Below are positions 12,880 to 25,695 of a stretch of 64,000 nt of DNA, piece by piece. The DNA lies in the NCBI GenBank assembly GCA_045837725.1, contig JBEWZL010000077.1, positions 248,001 through 312,000 on the forward strand. The letters are read 5' to 3'. The number at the start of each line of letters is the position of its first letter. The first letter of the stretch is position 1. This DNA comes from Vermamoeba vermiformis (Eukaryota). The notes below the pieces were generated by a model. It did no database searches and was not told where the DNA came from. It saw nothing but the letters and a program-made list of their open reading frames with translations. The position numbers and the translations under genes were made by a program.

Positions 12880-14145
12880 TCACTGCACTTTTTTCCTCTT
12901 GTCGCGGTCACGTGCTTGTTCGGTGCCCTGATCGGCGTGCAGTCGCTTGGCACGTACTAGCAGCGCTACGGCACCACCCTTGTTGTGCTTGCCCAGTTCT
13001 ACCAAGTCTCCGGTGCGCAATGGGGTCTGCAGCTGCGTCTCTAACACAATGAACGTGAGCAGTCAGAGCCAGATGCACCTCCGTTACGTACCGAGTCGCA
13101 GTCCGTTTAGCCAAGTGCCGTTAGAGCTCAGATCGGTCAGCCAACAGTGTTGTTCGCGCACCACGAGCGAGATGTGCACGGCGCTGATCACTTTGTGCGC
13201 ACTCAGCTCACTCGCACCCACGCAGCCAGATCCGCGCCCGACTTGCACGGCACTGCCTTCTTGGAGCTCAATCACGTGACCATTCAGCGCACCTTGACCA
13301 ATCATCTGCCACTTGACTGCATTGTGCGTCGCAGTGTTGGGCAGTGGTATGTCGAGCAGTGTTGTCGCACGTGACAGCAATTCCGTGCTGGTGCTCAGAG
13401 TAGAGCGATTGGTGCTATTTTTAGTCGCGTCGAGCACGGTAGTCGTGCGCGTCAATAGGTCTGCAGTCGTGTCAGCGGACATCAGGGCAGGTTTGCGTTT
13501 GACATCTGTCACTGGCGCTGAGTGTGACATGTCATCGACGTCGAGACGAGTCTCCATGCGTAACAAGCGCGTCATTGACCTGTCATTCGGTGACCTGTCA
13601 TTCGGTGACCTGTCATTCAGTGACCTGTCATTCAGTGACCTGTCATTCAGTGACCTGTCATTCAGTGACCTGTCACTCTTCTTGTTCTTGAGCTCCACCA
13701 AGTCCAGCTGCGTGACCTCTCGTTGCAAAGTGTCACGTGTCAAAGTGTCACTTCCAGGTGACCTGTCAATCGGTGTGAGAGGCGGTGTAGATCCCTGGTA
13801 GACCACTGGTGTGGCCGGAGATGACGAGGGAGATTGATCCAGTTGCGTGTGAGCCTCGAACAAATCAGGTGAGTCACGTGACGGCGAATGATCACGTGAC
13901 GAGGGGCTGTGCGGCGAGCTCGGCGCTAATTTTAGCGGCGAGAGTTTGATGGGTGAGAAGTCGGACCAGCCCCCGCGTCGTGTGGGCGGTGTTTCGGGAC
14001 TGGATGTGGGCAGTTGAGCTGCTGCGTTCGAGGAATTAATAGACTTATTAGCTGTAGCGTGAGGTGTAGTGGTGGAAGTGCTTGGCAGCGTAGATGTGGT
14101 TTTGGACTTTGGTTGCAGATGTGCACTGCTGCGAGGTCTGTCCAT
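12880..14145 (-). CDS. FHA-domain protein with long S/P/T-rich disordered N-terminus
   Basis: C-terminal FHA motifs VQVGRG, ISAVH and LTDLSSNGTWLNG. After an intron at ~13035-13091 it continues PLRTGDLVELG. The start codon is uncertain. Confidence 0.78.
13576..13675. repeat. 15-bp coding tandem repeat (TGACCTGTCATTC[A/G]G), 6 full copies plus a partial one
   Basis: Seen directly; encodes S[LP]NDR repeats in the FHA protein. Confidence 0.95.
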
Positions 14146-14473
14146 TGTGGCTGAAGCGCGGCTAATTTGTCTCAATTTAGATGAATATTAGCAACAATTC
14201 TTCGAATAAATCAGTCAATTAATTGGTGATCCAGATGGTGATCTGGCAGCTCCGCGCGATTACCACTCCAACAAAAATGTATACTGTTACAATACTATAC
14301 AGTTATATTATCGTGTTCCATATGACACGTGTTCACTCGGAGTGCTGCGTCGGGCTCAAGTGAAAATTTGTCACTCCGCATAATTATTTATCACACCCAC
14401 AAGAGAGAAGACAACTAGCGATCATTGAGACTAGTCGTATCATTGACCGAGGCGCAATTGCATTATATTAACA

Positions 14474-17276
14474 ATGTACTCTGGTCGAGTGGTGTCGAAG
14501 AGTCTCTTGAAGAGATCTCTTCCCATCCTCTCTCACAATGGACGAGGACAGAATCACCACAATGTTAACAACAATAATTATTCTAATATGCCCCACACGG
14601 TAGTCAACGCACCACACCCTCAGGGACCACCAGCACCCATTCACCATCCGCATCAACCAAATTACAATAATCTTCCGAAATATTCCAAGGTCTCCAAGAA
14701 GCTGCAACAATTCCCCCACACTCACCACATGATCACTCCTCCACCTTTGATTAATATAGGCAATTTTCTGCCGCAACAAGTGCCCTCCAATCCGTCAGCT
14801 GCAAATATCGCCGCGAATGCGCCACCGGTGATCTTTCAACACAAAGCAGTGAGCCACACACTGCCGGGACGAGTGATGCGCATTGACGAGTGGCACCCGA
14901 ACTATCGCGACAACGGCGTGCTGGTCGAGTATCTGCAGGCCCACGAGCGCCACTTGGGCATCCTCGACAAGCCACTCGATGCCGCGCACTGGCTGATCCT
15001 CACCGCTGCACCCACGCACTGCTCACTGCGCGACAAGCGTGCTGTGGCCGAAGAGGTGCCGCGCGTGAGTGTGCCGTGCCGCGAGGTGACGTTCCAGTGG
15101 CCGCAGCACCACATGAACACGCTGTACCGCTATCGCGTGGAGGACTTGCCCGAACTGCTGCACATGTGTCAGGAGCTCGTGGAGAAGTACCGCGATCAGG
15201 TGCCGATTGCGTGGGGTGCGCACATTGATCACCACCGCGACTACGCCAAGCACCACTATCATCACGCGCTGCTCGCTAATTTCCTTTTTGGGCAAGTACC
15301 CAAGCCACACGAGTACTACATTGCGCAGCGACTGTTGGTGGAGAGCACGCGCTACTTCACACCCACTGCAGATCCGCTCTATTTCTCCGTCAATTCTCCG
15401 CAGCACGTGCAGAACTTCAACAAGCCACGTGCGAGTGAGACAGCAGAGCCAGCGAGTACTGTCGCGTCTGAGACTACTGGTACGTGTGACTCGTTGATGT
15501 CATTCACTGAACTAACCATTCACTGAAACAGCAGTAGAAGTGGCACGTGACGGAGCTAAATTAGACGACATTGAAGGCACGCGCCAATTCGTGCGGAGAT
15601 TAGTGAAGAGATTGCAGCACAAATATCCGCGAGCACGTGACCACGACGCACAACGCGCACGTGATCAGTCGGTGGTGGTGGCTGAGGAGTGGAATCCAGT
15701 GGCAGACAAGGCCCTGATCGATGAACTCAAGTGCTGGGCCCTCAACAGCAGTTCAGTGAACGAACGACTCCCTTCCGCAGCGGAGAATTCGCGAGTAGTG
15801 CGACACACCACGATGATGGTTCATGAGCGGCTGATTGAGCCGTTGTGTCGCGGACTCGGCATTGGCACCACACCACGTGACATTTTTGACGTGCTGACGT
15901 CACTTGGCGTGTGGCACAGGCACGAGAACTTGAATCTGCACCGCTATCCCTATAAATGGCAATTCTCCGCGCAAGAACTGCAGCACTACGCGCACCTGGC
16001 CACGCTGTTCGGTCCCTCGCTGTCACGTGACAGCAGTGCCAGTCAGGTGTGCGTGGACAAGGACCATGCCGTGCGCGTAGACATGCGACAGCAGTGTCCC
16101 GTGGTGGTCTCGGTGGACAACAGCACGGAACAACTCGAAGTGGACGATGCAGTCAGTTTGGAGCACGTGCCTGGCACTGATCAGCCCTGGATCTGGATCC
16201 ACATTGCCGATCCGAGTCGATGCGTGACACCGAACAGCGCGGTAGATCTCCTGGCACGTGAGCGCGTGAGTTCCATCTACCTGCCCGAGCGCGCTCGTGA
16301 CCCGATCACCATGTTCCCCGCACCACTGATCAGCCACAACTTCAATCTGCTGCACGATCACACCAACTACGCGCTGTCTTTTGGCATCAGACTGCGCGAG
16401 GACGGACAGGTCGACGAGTACGTCATTGTGCCCTCCATTATTCCGCCCATTCACAAGCGCACCTACGCCCTGGTAGACGATTGGCTGCACGCAGACTGGG
16501 TGCCACGTGACAGCGAACAGGCCATGCTGCACGAGCTCTACGCACTGTCGCAGCGACGTCGTGCCTATCGCGTGCGTTGCGGAGCTGTGGCGGGCACTGA
16601 GCTGCCCAGACCGGAGATCTCCGTGCTCGAGAACGGCGCGCAGATTGAGATCAGCATGGTGCCCGAACACGAGAGCCGATCACGTGCCCTCATCTCCGAG
16701 CTGATGATCCTGGTCGGAGATATCACCGCTGACTTTGCCAAGCGTCACGCCATTCCCATTCCGTACCGCAGTCCCGTGCCCGATCAGCCCAGCAAATACA
16801 CCTACTGCGTGCGTCCTCCCAGCACACCGCACTCAGCACTCGCACTGCCGCTCTACACGCAAGTCACTTCGCCTATTCGCCGCTATCACGATCTCTTGGT
16901 GCACCACCAGATCAAAGCGCATCTCCGCGGTGAAGAATTGCCGTTCAGTGAAGAGCGTGTGGCAGCTATTCTGCACGAGATGGAGCCAGTGCTGCGCGAG
17001 ATCACCAAGCTGAATCAGTACTCGGTGCGCTACTGGATGCTGCGCTACTTGGAGCAACAGCCCCCACACCGCAAGTACACGGGCAAAGTGCTGGCAATCA
17101 ACACTGCGGCATCGGAGTCTGACGAGGTGTCGGTCTACGTATACTTGCTGGAGGTAGGACTGCGCGCCAATGTCATGCTCAACTGGTTGCCAAAGGTGCA
17201 TCAACACTTGACGCTGCGTGTCAATTCGGTGGATGCATTTTACAACTTGATTCATTTGTCTGAAGTACCCAAGTAG
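14474..17276 (+). CDS. RNase II/RNB-family 3'-5' exoribonuclease, possibly mitochondrial DSS1-like; 2 exons
   Basis: RNB motifs SVDNSTEQLEVDDAVS, WIHIADPS, SIYLPE and YTQVTSPIRRYHDLLVHHQIK. Basic, acid-free N-terminus resembles a presequence. Confidence 0.87.
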
Positions 17277-17745
17277 AGTTTGTGAATAGTTTTGTAAGAT
17301 AGTTAAGTAAAATTTGTAAATACGCGAATTTGGTTGATGGATCAGCTTTAGTTTCAATATTGAAACACAGTAATCAACCACCAGGGCAAATGGGCTGGAC
17401 ATAGGGTGCAGGACATCCGCCACAAGTTTGTATTTTATCATTGCTTGTGGTAATCAATATCTTCCGGACACAATCTGCAAAGCCAGGGTGTGCCTCAACA
17501 TTTTTGGCTTTGAGCTGATGAGGACTGCAAGTAATAAGTTCGTTATATAAGTGAACTGATGAGGACAATAAGTTCGTTTTCTAGGTAATGACCAATGTGA
17601 ACTTTTCCCAGCTCCAAATTGTCCAAGCCTAGCATGCCCTCAGGACTTGCCTGCTGATTGCTGTTGACAGTTTCCATAGAACATGATCGTCAAGATATGT
17701 AGTGGTGGCAATTTTATCACTTGTAAACAAAACGATTTGCAAACA

Positions 17746-18441
17746 TCAATTTGTGAGTTTACTGCATTAAGTATGAACCCATCCATCTCACACGTTTGGC
17801 ACAACACAACTCTATGTATTTTCTACATCACCGAACTTTGGCTACAATACATGGTAAGCTAGCTATCCAAAAATTTTTCATCTTAACAGGATAAAAGTAA
17901 TCATCACCTGGTGGAAATGATTTTGACGTTGCAGCTAAATTGTGGTTGCATGCTGTGTGGTATTGTAACAAGCATGTGTAACTGTTTGGTTCGTACTTAG
18001 GGTGGACTTCTCATCTGCCAAAATTTTTTCGTCTGTCTGTGGTCGCTGCATCCGCTGAAGTTAGTAATTGACCAACTTACACCAAACTTTGCCAGTAGCA
18101 CCATCAGACCCAAGCAGGACTACTATTGGCATCAGGAGGCTTTGGACTAGCTGCTGGAGGGTGAAAATGTCATTGTTCTGCAAAGAACTTAAGTACCAGA
18201 ACTTTGTTCTATTTGCTGCAATACCATTTAAACTTTGAAAATACATAGACCTATCACTATCTAACAAGAAAATATAAGTAATCATCAAAGAATTGTAGTG
18301 ACAGCAATTTGTAAATGTTCAGCATTAAGTATGAACCATCCATCAGCACATACTTGGTACAACACAACTATACGTATTTTATGCATCACCGAACTTTGGT
18401 TACAATTCATTGTCACCTAACTATCCAAAAATTTTTGCATC
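17746..18441. repeat. Diverged direct repeat of ~130 bp (copies at ~17746-17882 and ~18305-18441) in a non-genic block
   Basis: Both copies read GCATTAAGTATGAACC..ATCCATC..ACAACACAACT..CATCACCGAACTTTGG..CTATCCAAAAATTTTT. Confidence 0.85.
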
Positions 18442-18776
18442 ATCCATAATTGTTTATGTTGTAACTTTGTCCAGCATGGTGGCAAACCTTTTTATATGGA
18501 AGGAATATGCTTAACCACATACATGGCATATAGAAATCCTATTAAAAACTTGGTACTGTATAATGTGGTCGGCGGAAGTGCGGTCCATGGGGGATGTCCA
18601 ATTTTTGGTGGATGGGACGTCCACCAGAGCGCTTCAGGAAAAGTAATGTATACCTCGTGTAATTTATTCATAACGGCGATACATTGACTTGTAGAGTCTC
18701 CCAGTTACTCTGACGTCAACCAAAGAAAGGCCTAATTACTCCGCAAAATTATTTATAAATACAAGGTTACAATATA

Positions 18777-20955
18777 TTATTTATCATTCTTCTTCTTGGT
18801 TATAAAGGCCAGTACCTCTTTTGATTGCGCCACATTCTCCGAGCTCAGCAGTGCATCAATGAACCGTTGCAGCTCAGCGCGCTTGTTCTGAATGTACGTC
18901 AGCTCTGAGGCCTTCCAAAACTTGTGTGACGGCAGTGGTGGCAACTTGTGGTGCTTTGAGAGCTACAAAGATGACATTAGAACAGATGTATATACTGGCA
19001 GTGGCGAGTACCTTCTCGTAGAACTCTTTGAAGTCGTTGGCACTGCGCGTGATGGTCCAGGTCTGATCGTTAAAATACACTTTGAGAATATATACAACGT
19101 ATTTGAACAAGAAGTTGCGCCTGATCTCGTGGTCCACAATCACCAGCAAGATGTCGTTGTTGCTCTCCGTCACGGCACCGAGCAGCTGATTGGAGAAGCG
19201 ACTCTTCTTGCTGTCCAGCACGGGACTGACGGGCAGTGCACTGGGCAGCGAGTTGACGCGGCCACTGCTCACTGGTGCCACGCTGCTCGCACTCTTCTGC
19301 TGCGGGTCGTTCGGTCCCTCGCTGTTGCTGCGCTTCTGGGCACTGTCTTGCACGGCCAGAAAGTGCTGCTTGATCGATCGATCGTTCATCGGAACACTCT
19401 CCGAGACACTTTTGACGTGCGCGGAGCTATTATTAGCACCATCGCCCCACTTCTCGGCCATGGCTGCCAACCACTGCTCGTTGTTCAACAGCTCCAAGTC
19501 CACGTTGTGCTGCGAGATGCGACGGATCTGCCGCTCAAGCTTCTTCTCCTCATTGGGCCCGGGGCTATTATTAGCACCTTGTTTGTCGCGAATCACGTTC
19601 TTGCTGATCCACTCGTGCTGGCGCAGGTCGGTGGCACTGGGCCGCTTGGACGGGTCTTTTTGGAAACATTTCAACAAGAAGTCTTTGCACTCCTGCAACA
19701 ACACGTGTGAGTGGTCGGCGCACTCACCAAATATAGACATACCGGCGAGAGGTTGTCGACGAGGGGCGGATGGTCCTCCTTGACGACTTTGTACAGTGCA
19801 GCGAGGGGTGCGAGATCAAAGTAGGGCGGCGAGCCAGAGATGAGTTCGATGATGGTGCAGCCGAGGGACCAGATGTCGCACGCACTCGAGGGCCGGTTCA
19901 TTTGAATGATCTCGGGGGCCACTGTCAAGCTGCGGGTCAGTGTCACGTGATCACAGCGAATAGTTGCAAACACTCACTCCAAAAAGGACTGCCCTCCACA
20001 ATCGACCACTCTTCGGCCTCGGCGGGCACACTCGGCGGAGTGTCACTTTGACACGTGTCACTCGACCCTGGTTCTTCGCTCTGACTGGACTCGCTCGATT
20101 CCATACCTGACACAGTGCCAGTCACGTGCTCGCTGTGCTTGACCTTGGTGGTCATGGCAATGCCAAAGTCCGCGAGCTGGACGAGGAGTTAGTGGCTGAG
20201 TATGAGCGATACTGATGAGGAGTGTACCTTGACTACGCCGTCCTTGGTGATCAATAAATTCGGGCCCTTAATGTCGCGGTGTATCACGCCGTGCTGGTGC
20301 AGGTACTCGAGGCCCTTCAGCACTTGATCCATGTAGATAGCCACCAAGTTCTCGGGAAACACGCCAAATTTGTCAATTACTTGTGCCAATGAGCCACTTT
20401 CCACATATCTGCACACGATCAGTCAATAAGCGAGTTCAAGTACGCGATGGAGTGCAGATGGAGCTCGAAATGGAATTCTCGTTGTGAATTACATCAGCGC
20501 TACACTTACTCGAGGACGATGTTGACATTATTTTCAGTGAGAATGAGGTCAATGTACTTGACAATGTTATCGTGTTTGAATGTCTTGAGCAGATCCATCT
20601 CGTTCTGCGTGCAACGGTTAGTACAGCGAAAAGTAGGTAAAGCGCAAGACAACGCACCTTTAGCTGTGCTTCATCGAGTCCCTGGCGACGAGGCACGCGT
20701 TTGATGGCGACAAAGCTGCCAGTCTGAATGTCCAGCCCTTTGTACACCGCTCCGAAGGCACCCTTGCCGATCCGATCACCGAGTTGCTGCAAGGATGTAT
20801 TTAGCACGCGAGCCGCCTTCTACTGCGATCGGCACTTCAATATTACTTACGTAATGGTCAACAATGATTTTTTCTCCCGAGCTTTTGGAATTATTGTTTT
20901 TGATCCGAATGCTGTTCACTCGCTTCGCTTTGCCGAACGAAGAACTATCTGCCAT
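18777..20955 (-). CDS. STE-group (Cdc15/SepA/MAP3K-epsilon-like) Ser/Thr kinase with C-terminal PX domain
   Basis: Kinase motifs [27 protein letters not shown], spliced GSPFW-MAPE and DIWSLGCT. C-terminal [36 protein letters not shown] fits a PX domain. Confidence 0.85.
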
Positions 20956-21289
20956 AATTGATTTATATTCACCAATGAGTAGTATGCAATATTAAAGAGT
21001 TAAGCTTGGTCAGTGGGCAACAGCATCCGTTATTATTAATCAACTTGTTTGAATGAAATTGCTAACTGTTCAACTGCGCACTCTAGACGTGTCGTATATA
21101 TGCGTGTGATGAATGTACAGCGCGCAGTGTTCAACGACAATGGGTGCTTCTGTTGGTCTCGTATTTTGTGTGTGAAACAATTAATATTAAATTACAATCA
21201 CCGCACAACAGCTCAATTGCACTTGATATACGAGTATACGGCTCGTGTGAATATAGTGTGCATAGTAACATCCCCTCCTGTCACACGCC

Positions 21290-22176
21290 ATGTTCCTCGC
21301 CATCAAATCTGCAGTCACAGGTTGGTTCAGCAAGCCCGAGCCCGAGAACGTGATATTCGGTGCCACCCTCGACAAACAACTTGCCACCGTGCCACCAGTG
21401 CTGCTCACACTGCAGCAGTACATTCTGCGTCACGGTAATATTAATTCGATTTAATTCAATTTCAGTTTGATTGCGCATCGTCACCGCTATATTTACCTCT
21501 GCCCCCTATATTTGCATATATATCTGCACTGGCATACCTCACGACTGATCACCGCGCAGGTCTGGAGACACAAGGCATATTTCGCGTGAGTGGCAATCAA
21601 CACGAGGTCAAGCAGCTGATGGCGCGCATCAATCGCGGTGAAGTGCTGCGCGAGACTGAGTGGAAGGACGTGCTGACTGCTGCCACGCTGTTCAAGAGCT
21701 ACTTCAGGTACGCGCGGTTGTGGTGGCACTGCTGGCACTCACCGCACTGCACAGAGAGCTGCAAGAGCCGCTGCTGAGCTACGAACTGCACGCGTGTTGG
21801 CTGGCCCTCGGTGCACTCCACGAACACGAGTGCGCGGAGAAATTGCCTGGCGTGGTGGCACTGCTGGCACCCGGTGGGTATACTGCAGTACATGCCAATG
21901 CACGTGACTCACACGATGTACTCGACAGGTCAGCGCCGCATGCTGGCATTCTTGCTGCAAACATTGCATCAATTCGCACAACACGCCCACGCGACGCAAA
22001 TGTCGTTGCAAAACTTGGCCGTGGTGTTTGCACCCAGTCTGCTCAAGATGGATCCACGTGACGCGTCCTACTCGCCCGTCACTGAGATGCAGCAGTTGCC
22101 CTACGCACTGCGCGTCACGCAGCAGTTGATCTCCGAATATCCGAGATTGTTTCCCGCTGCAGACGCGGCACTGTAA
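21290..22176 (+). CDS. Small RhoGAP-domain protein
   Basis: IFGATL, GIFRVSG (arginine finger), ATLFKSYFR-ELQEPLL and QMSLQNLAVVFAPSLL. Confidence 0.88.
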
Positions 22177-22319
22177 TTGTTCCGCTTGTATTATATATAC
22201 CATAATTAGTTCGAACCCCACTCATCGATGCGACTCTGTTTTGGCGGCAGTTACTTAATTTGGTCATTGAAAAACATCGCTATTTATGTACAGGGCTAGT
22301 CTTTGCAACTATTTCACGA

Positions 22320-23089
22320 TCACGTGACTTTCTGTCGCTTGACTTCTCGCTCGCTGTCACTGCTGTCACTGCTGTCACTCGAATCACGTGCTCGTTTGCG
22401 TGCCTCGCCCTCCACGTGACCGTGCTGCTTCATTTGCTGAAATCTGCAAAGATCGAGGTGAGATTGCAATTATTTCCGTATTTGGGTAAATCAAACACCA
22501 GACATGTCTGCCTTCGTGTCCGAGAGACCACTCACCGTGCCACCATGTCCGCGTCTGACACGTCTTTCAGGGCCTCTTCGTGTCGTACGCGCTCCTCTTC
22601 GTGCGCACGTGACTCGGCGTGGCGCAATTGTTTTTCCGCGCGGCGCATCTGCTTCTCTTGCTCGCGCTGCACTCGCTGTGTGGTGCGTGAATAAGCAGGC
22701 GCATATAGCGTGCACGTACCTCAATGTCGTGATTGAAGTTCTTGAAGGAGCGTCGTCCCACGCTGCGTTCACTGCCCAGCACTGACTGCTCATCGACCAC
22801 CACTCCTGCGCTGCATCCGCTGCAGTCAGTGCGTGCTGCAACGCGGCTATATTCAGCAATACTTACGCACTGTGCTTGCCAATGTTTGGATTGACGACCC
22901 ACTGCGCTTCTTTGAACGACTGCTCTTTTTCTTCGCGGATCTTGTTGCGCATCTCTGTTTCGCGCGAGCGTTGCATGAACTGATTAAATCATATTAATAT
23001 TGCCATATTTAACGACGATTTATTGCACGTACGCGCATCTGCAATATATTCTTCGACAGCTCTGGTGATTGCGATCTGTCTCTCTTCAT
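22320..23089 (-). CDS. MPHOSPH6: M-phase phosphoprotein 6 (nuclear exosome cofactor MPP6)
   Basis: Spliced product has LSKNILQM-FMQRSRE, GRRSFKNFNHDIE and DVSDADMVAR, matching the characteristic MPP6 motifs. Confidence 0.78.
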
Positions 23090-23327
23090 TGGTGCGATCT
23101 GTCTTCGAATCAACTAAGAATAACTTTAGCGCTATATATAACTGTACTAGGGACTGTGGTGTGGAGTCACGATTACTGCGCTAATAATAATTTGAAAAGT
23201 TGCCGCGAGTTCAGCACGGCAAATTCAGCGCAGAAAACAGGGCCCTCGAGTGCAGCTATTATTTATTATTATTATTATCAGTCCCTAGTCTCTGCTGAAC
23301 ACATAGGAGCACCACTCATCACGCGTA

Positions 23328-25213
23328 ATGTCTGGTACGTAGTATGACTGACCCCTCGATCGCACTCGACTAACTTGCTTTGTGAACTACAGGCACTGGT
23401 AAGAATTAAACACCATCCACTAATATACTGCACTATAATACAGCCACTATAGATCGTTGATATATTGAGGACTGCATTGATGCGCGCGAATTAAGCGAAA
23501 TATTTTCAAATTATTATTTCAATATTATTGTGAATATTCAGGACTAGTACTGCACCAATATATAGCGGAATAATAGAATAATACTGCAACGCTAAGACAA
23601 TATTTATATGCCCATCAATTGCGCTTCGATCGCGATCACAAAGACCAGTCAAAACTAACGCGACAACTAGGCTTCTCCTTTGGTGGCAGCACTGCCCCTG
23701 CGTCATCCTTTTCATTCGGTGTGCCCTCCACCACACCTGCCACGAGTACTACTACATTTGGCGCGTCAACTACACCCTCGATCGGAGGCACATCCGGCAC
23801 CACCAGCAGCACCACACCGAGCTTCAACTTTGGCTCGACTGCCCCCACTGCCTTCAGCACCACACCCAGCACCACTGCACCGAGCACCACGCCTGCTGCG
23901 AGCACTACCAGCACCACGCCTGCCTTCACATTCGGCACCACGCCGAGCACCACTGCACCGAGCACGAGTGCCACCACGAGTGCCAGCAGTGCCACCACCT
24001 CGACATTCAGCTTTGGCACCACACCGAGCACCACTGCTGCCACCACCAGCACGACAGCAGCACCGACCACGAGCACCACACCTGCCTTCACATTCGGCAG
24101 CACGCCCAGCACTGCGGCACCGAGCACCACTGCTGCCACCACGAGCACGAGTGCCACCACACCCAGCAGTAAGTGCACTGATTGACATGTGACACCTGTC
24201 ACTTCTGACACTTTGACAGCGACCTCGTTCTCGTTCGGTGCCACGCCAGCCACGACCAGCACCGCACCCAGCACTGCCACGCCGAGCACTGCGACAGGTG
24301 CCACCAGTGCTACCACGAGCACGACCTCGTTCTCGTTCGGCAGCAGTGCCAGCACGACTTCGAGCAGCACGGGCGCGACACCTGCCACACCGAGCACACC
24401 CGCGACGAGCACGCAGAGCGAGGCCAAGAAGATCGACTTGACAGCGGTGCTGAAGAACAAGAACCTCGAGGACATCATCAACGATTGGAGCACGCAGCTC
24501 GAAGATCACGTGGGCACATTCACGAAACAGGCGCATCAAGTGGCGGAGTGGGACAACAAGATCATTGAGAACGGCGCCAAGATTATGAAGATCTACGAGC
24601 ACGTGAACAAGGTGCAGGTGTCGCAAAAAGAATTGGATCAGACGCTGGAACTCATCTTCACGCAGCAACAAGAGCTGAATGGCATGCTCGACTCGCTCGA
24701 GGGTGAGTTGGACAAGCTGATGAGTGCGCAGGGACGGCAAGAGAACCCTGCCGACATTGAGCGCGAGAAGGGCTATCAAATGGCCGAGGACTTGAACCGT
24801 CAGCTCGATCAGATGGGCGTCACGTTGCGCGAGCTGATCAAAAAGATCAATTCCAATCAGCAGCAGAGCGCGGACGATGACAATCCGGTGCGTAGTGTGC
24901 TGCTAGTAGTAGTGTTGTGACTGACCGCGCGCAGATATATCAAATCGTGCAGATCTTGAACGCGCACTTGAATTCGTTGCAGTGGATCGATCAGAGCAGC
25001 ACGGCACTGCAGCTAAAAATAGCCGAGGTCGACAAGCAGCTCAAGGCCAGCAAGTTGGAGCACGATAAGATCACGCGCATGCGCAAGAGCAGTACGTATA
25101 CTTGTGTATACCTCAGGGTGGCACGTGGCTATTTTTAGCTCGTGTACCGGAGTGACTGTTTGACACGTGTCACATTAGGAGTGCTGACAGCTGTTATTTT
25201 AGATTTTGAATGA
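23328..25213 (+). CDS. NUP62: FG-nucleoporin Nsp1/Nup62
   Basis: FSFG/FTFG/FNFG repeats in S/T/A/P spacers, followed by the Nsp1_C coiled coil LKNKNLEDIINDW..VAEWD..ILNAHLNSLQWID. The last exon is uncertain. Confidence 0.92.
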
Positions 25214-25342
25214 ACGCCGATTGGTGAATAACTCCGTTGCTAAATATGGTCAAATGTTCTATATTTAGTAATGCTGCCGATGCTGTACTGTGAATAAATG
25301 TGAACATAATCTTGTTTTATTATTTACACGGGGCTGTGGCGA

Positions 25343-25695
25343 TTATTTATTGTCGCTGTTAGTGCTGTTAAAGTTGCTGTTCTTTAAGTGCGTTAAATTC
25401 AACACTTCTAATTTTTTCTGAATTTTAAATAATTAATTTGAATTATTATTGCTTGCGATCTGTTACCTTGATGCACTCTTCGTACTGAGTCCAAATAGGT
25501 GTACAATCGTCTTGCTTGGCCTCGCCTTTCAAGAACTTTTCGTGCAGCCAGCGATGAAAGCACTGATCGTGGCGCTCTTTTTCTTCGCGACACATCAAGT
25601 AGTCCTTGCTGTCTGCCTCTGTAGCGTGTTAATAAGCTATTGTACTATCATATACTACTAGTACCATTATTGTGCGTGCTGTTCTTGTCTGCCAT
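25343..25695 (-). CDS. TRIAP1: TRIAP1/Mdm35 twin-CX9C mitochondrial intermembrane-space protein, 3 exons (not in ORF track)
   Basis: Spliced: MADKNSTHNN-EADSKDYLMCREEKERHDQCFHRWLHEKFLKGEAKQDDCTPIWTQYEECIK-KKLEVLNL. Twin CX9C plus the W..EKFLKG motif. Confidence 0.85.

Noticed and set aside
13576-13675. Possible CRISPR-like array
   Set aside because: Head-to-tail 15-mers without spacers inside a eukaryotic exon, and no cas genes.
18606-18626. Small hairpin GGTGGA..TCCACC as a Helitron 3' end
   Set aside because: Only a 6-bp stem, with no CTRR terminus at the expected distance.
23636-24779. Hydrophobic Val/Ala/Gly-rich and Arg/Gly-rich minus-strand ORFs
   Set aside because: Antisense readings of the Nup62 Thr/Ser-rich repeats.
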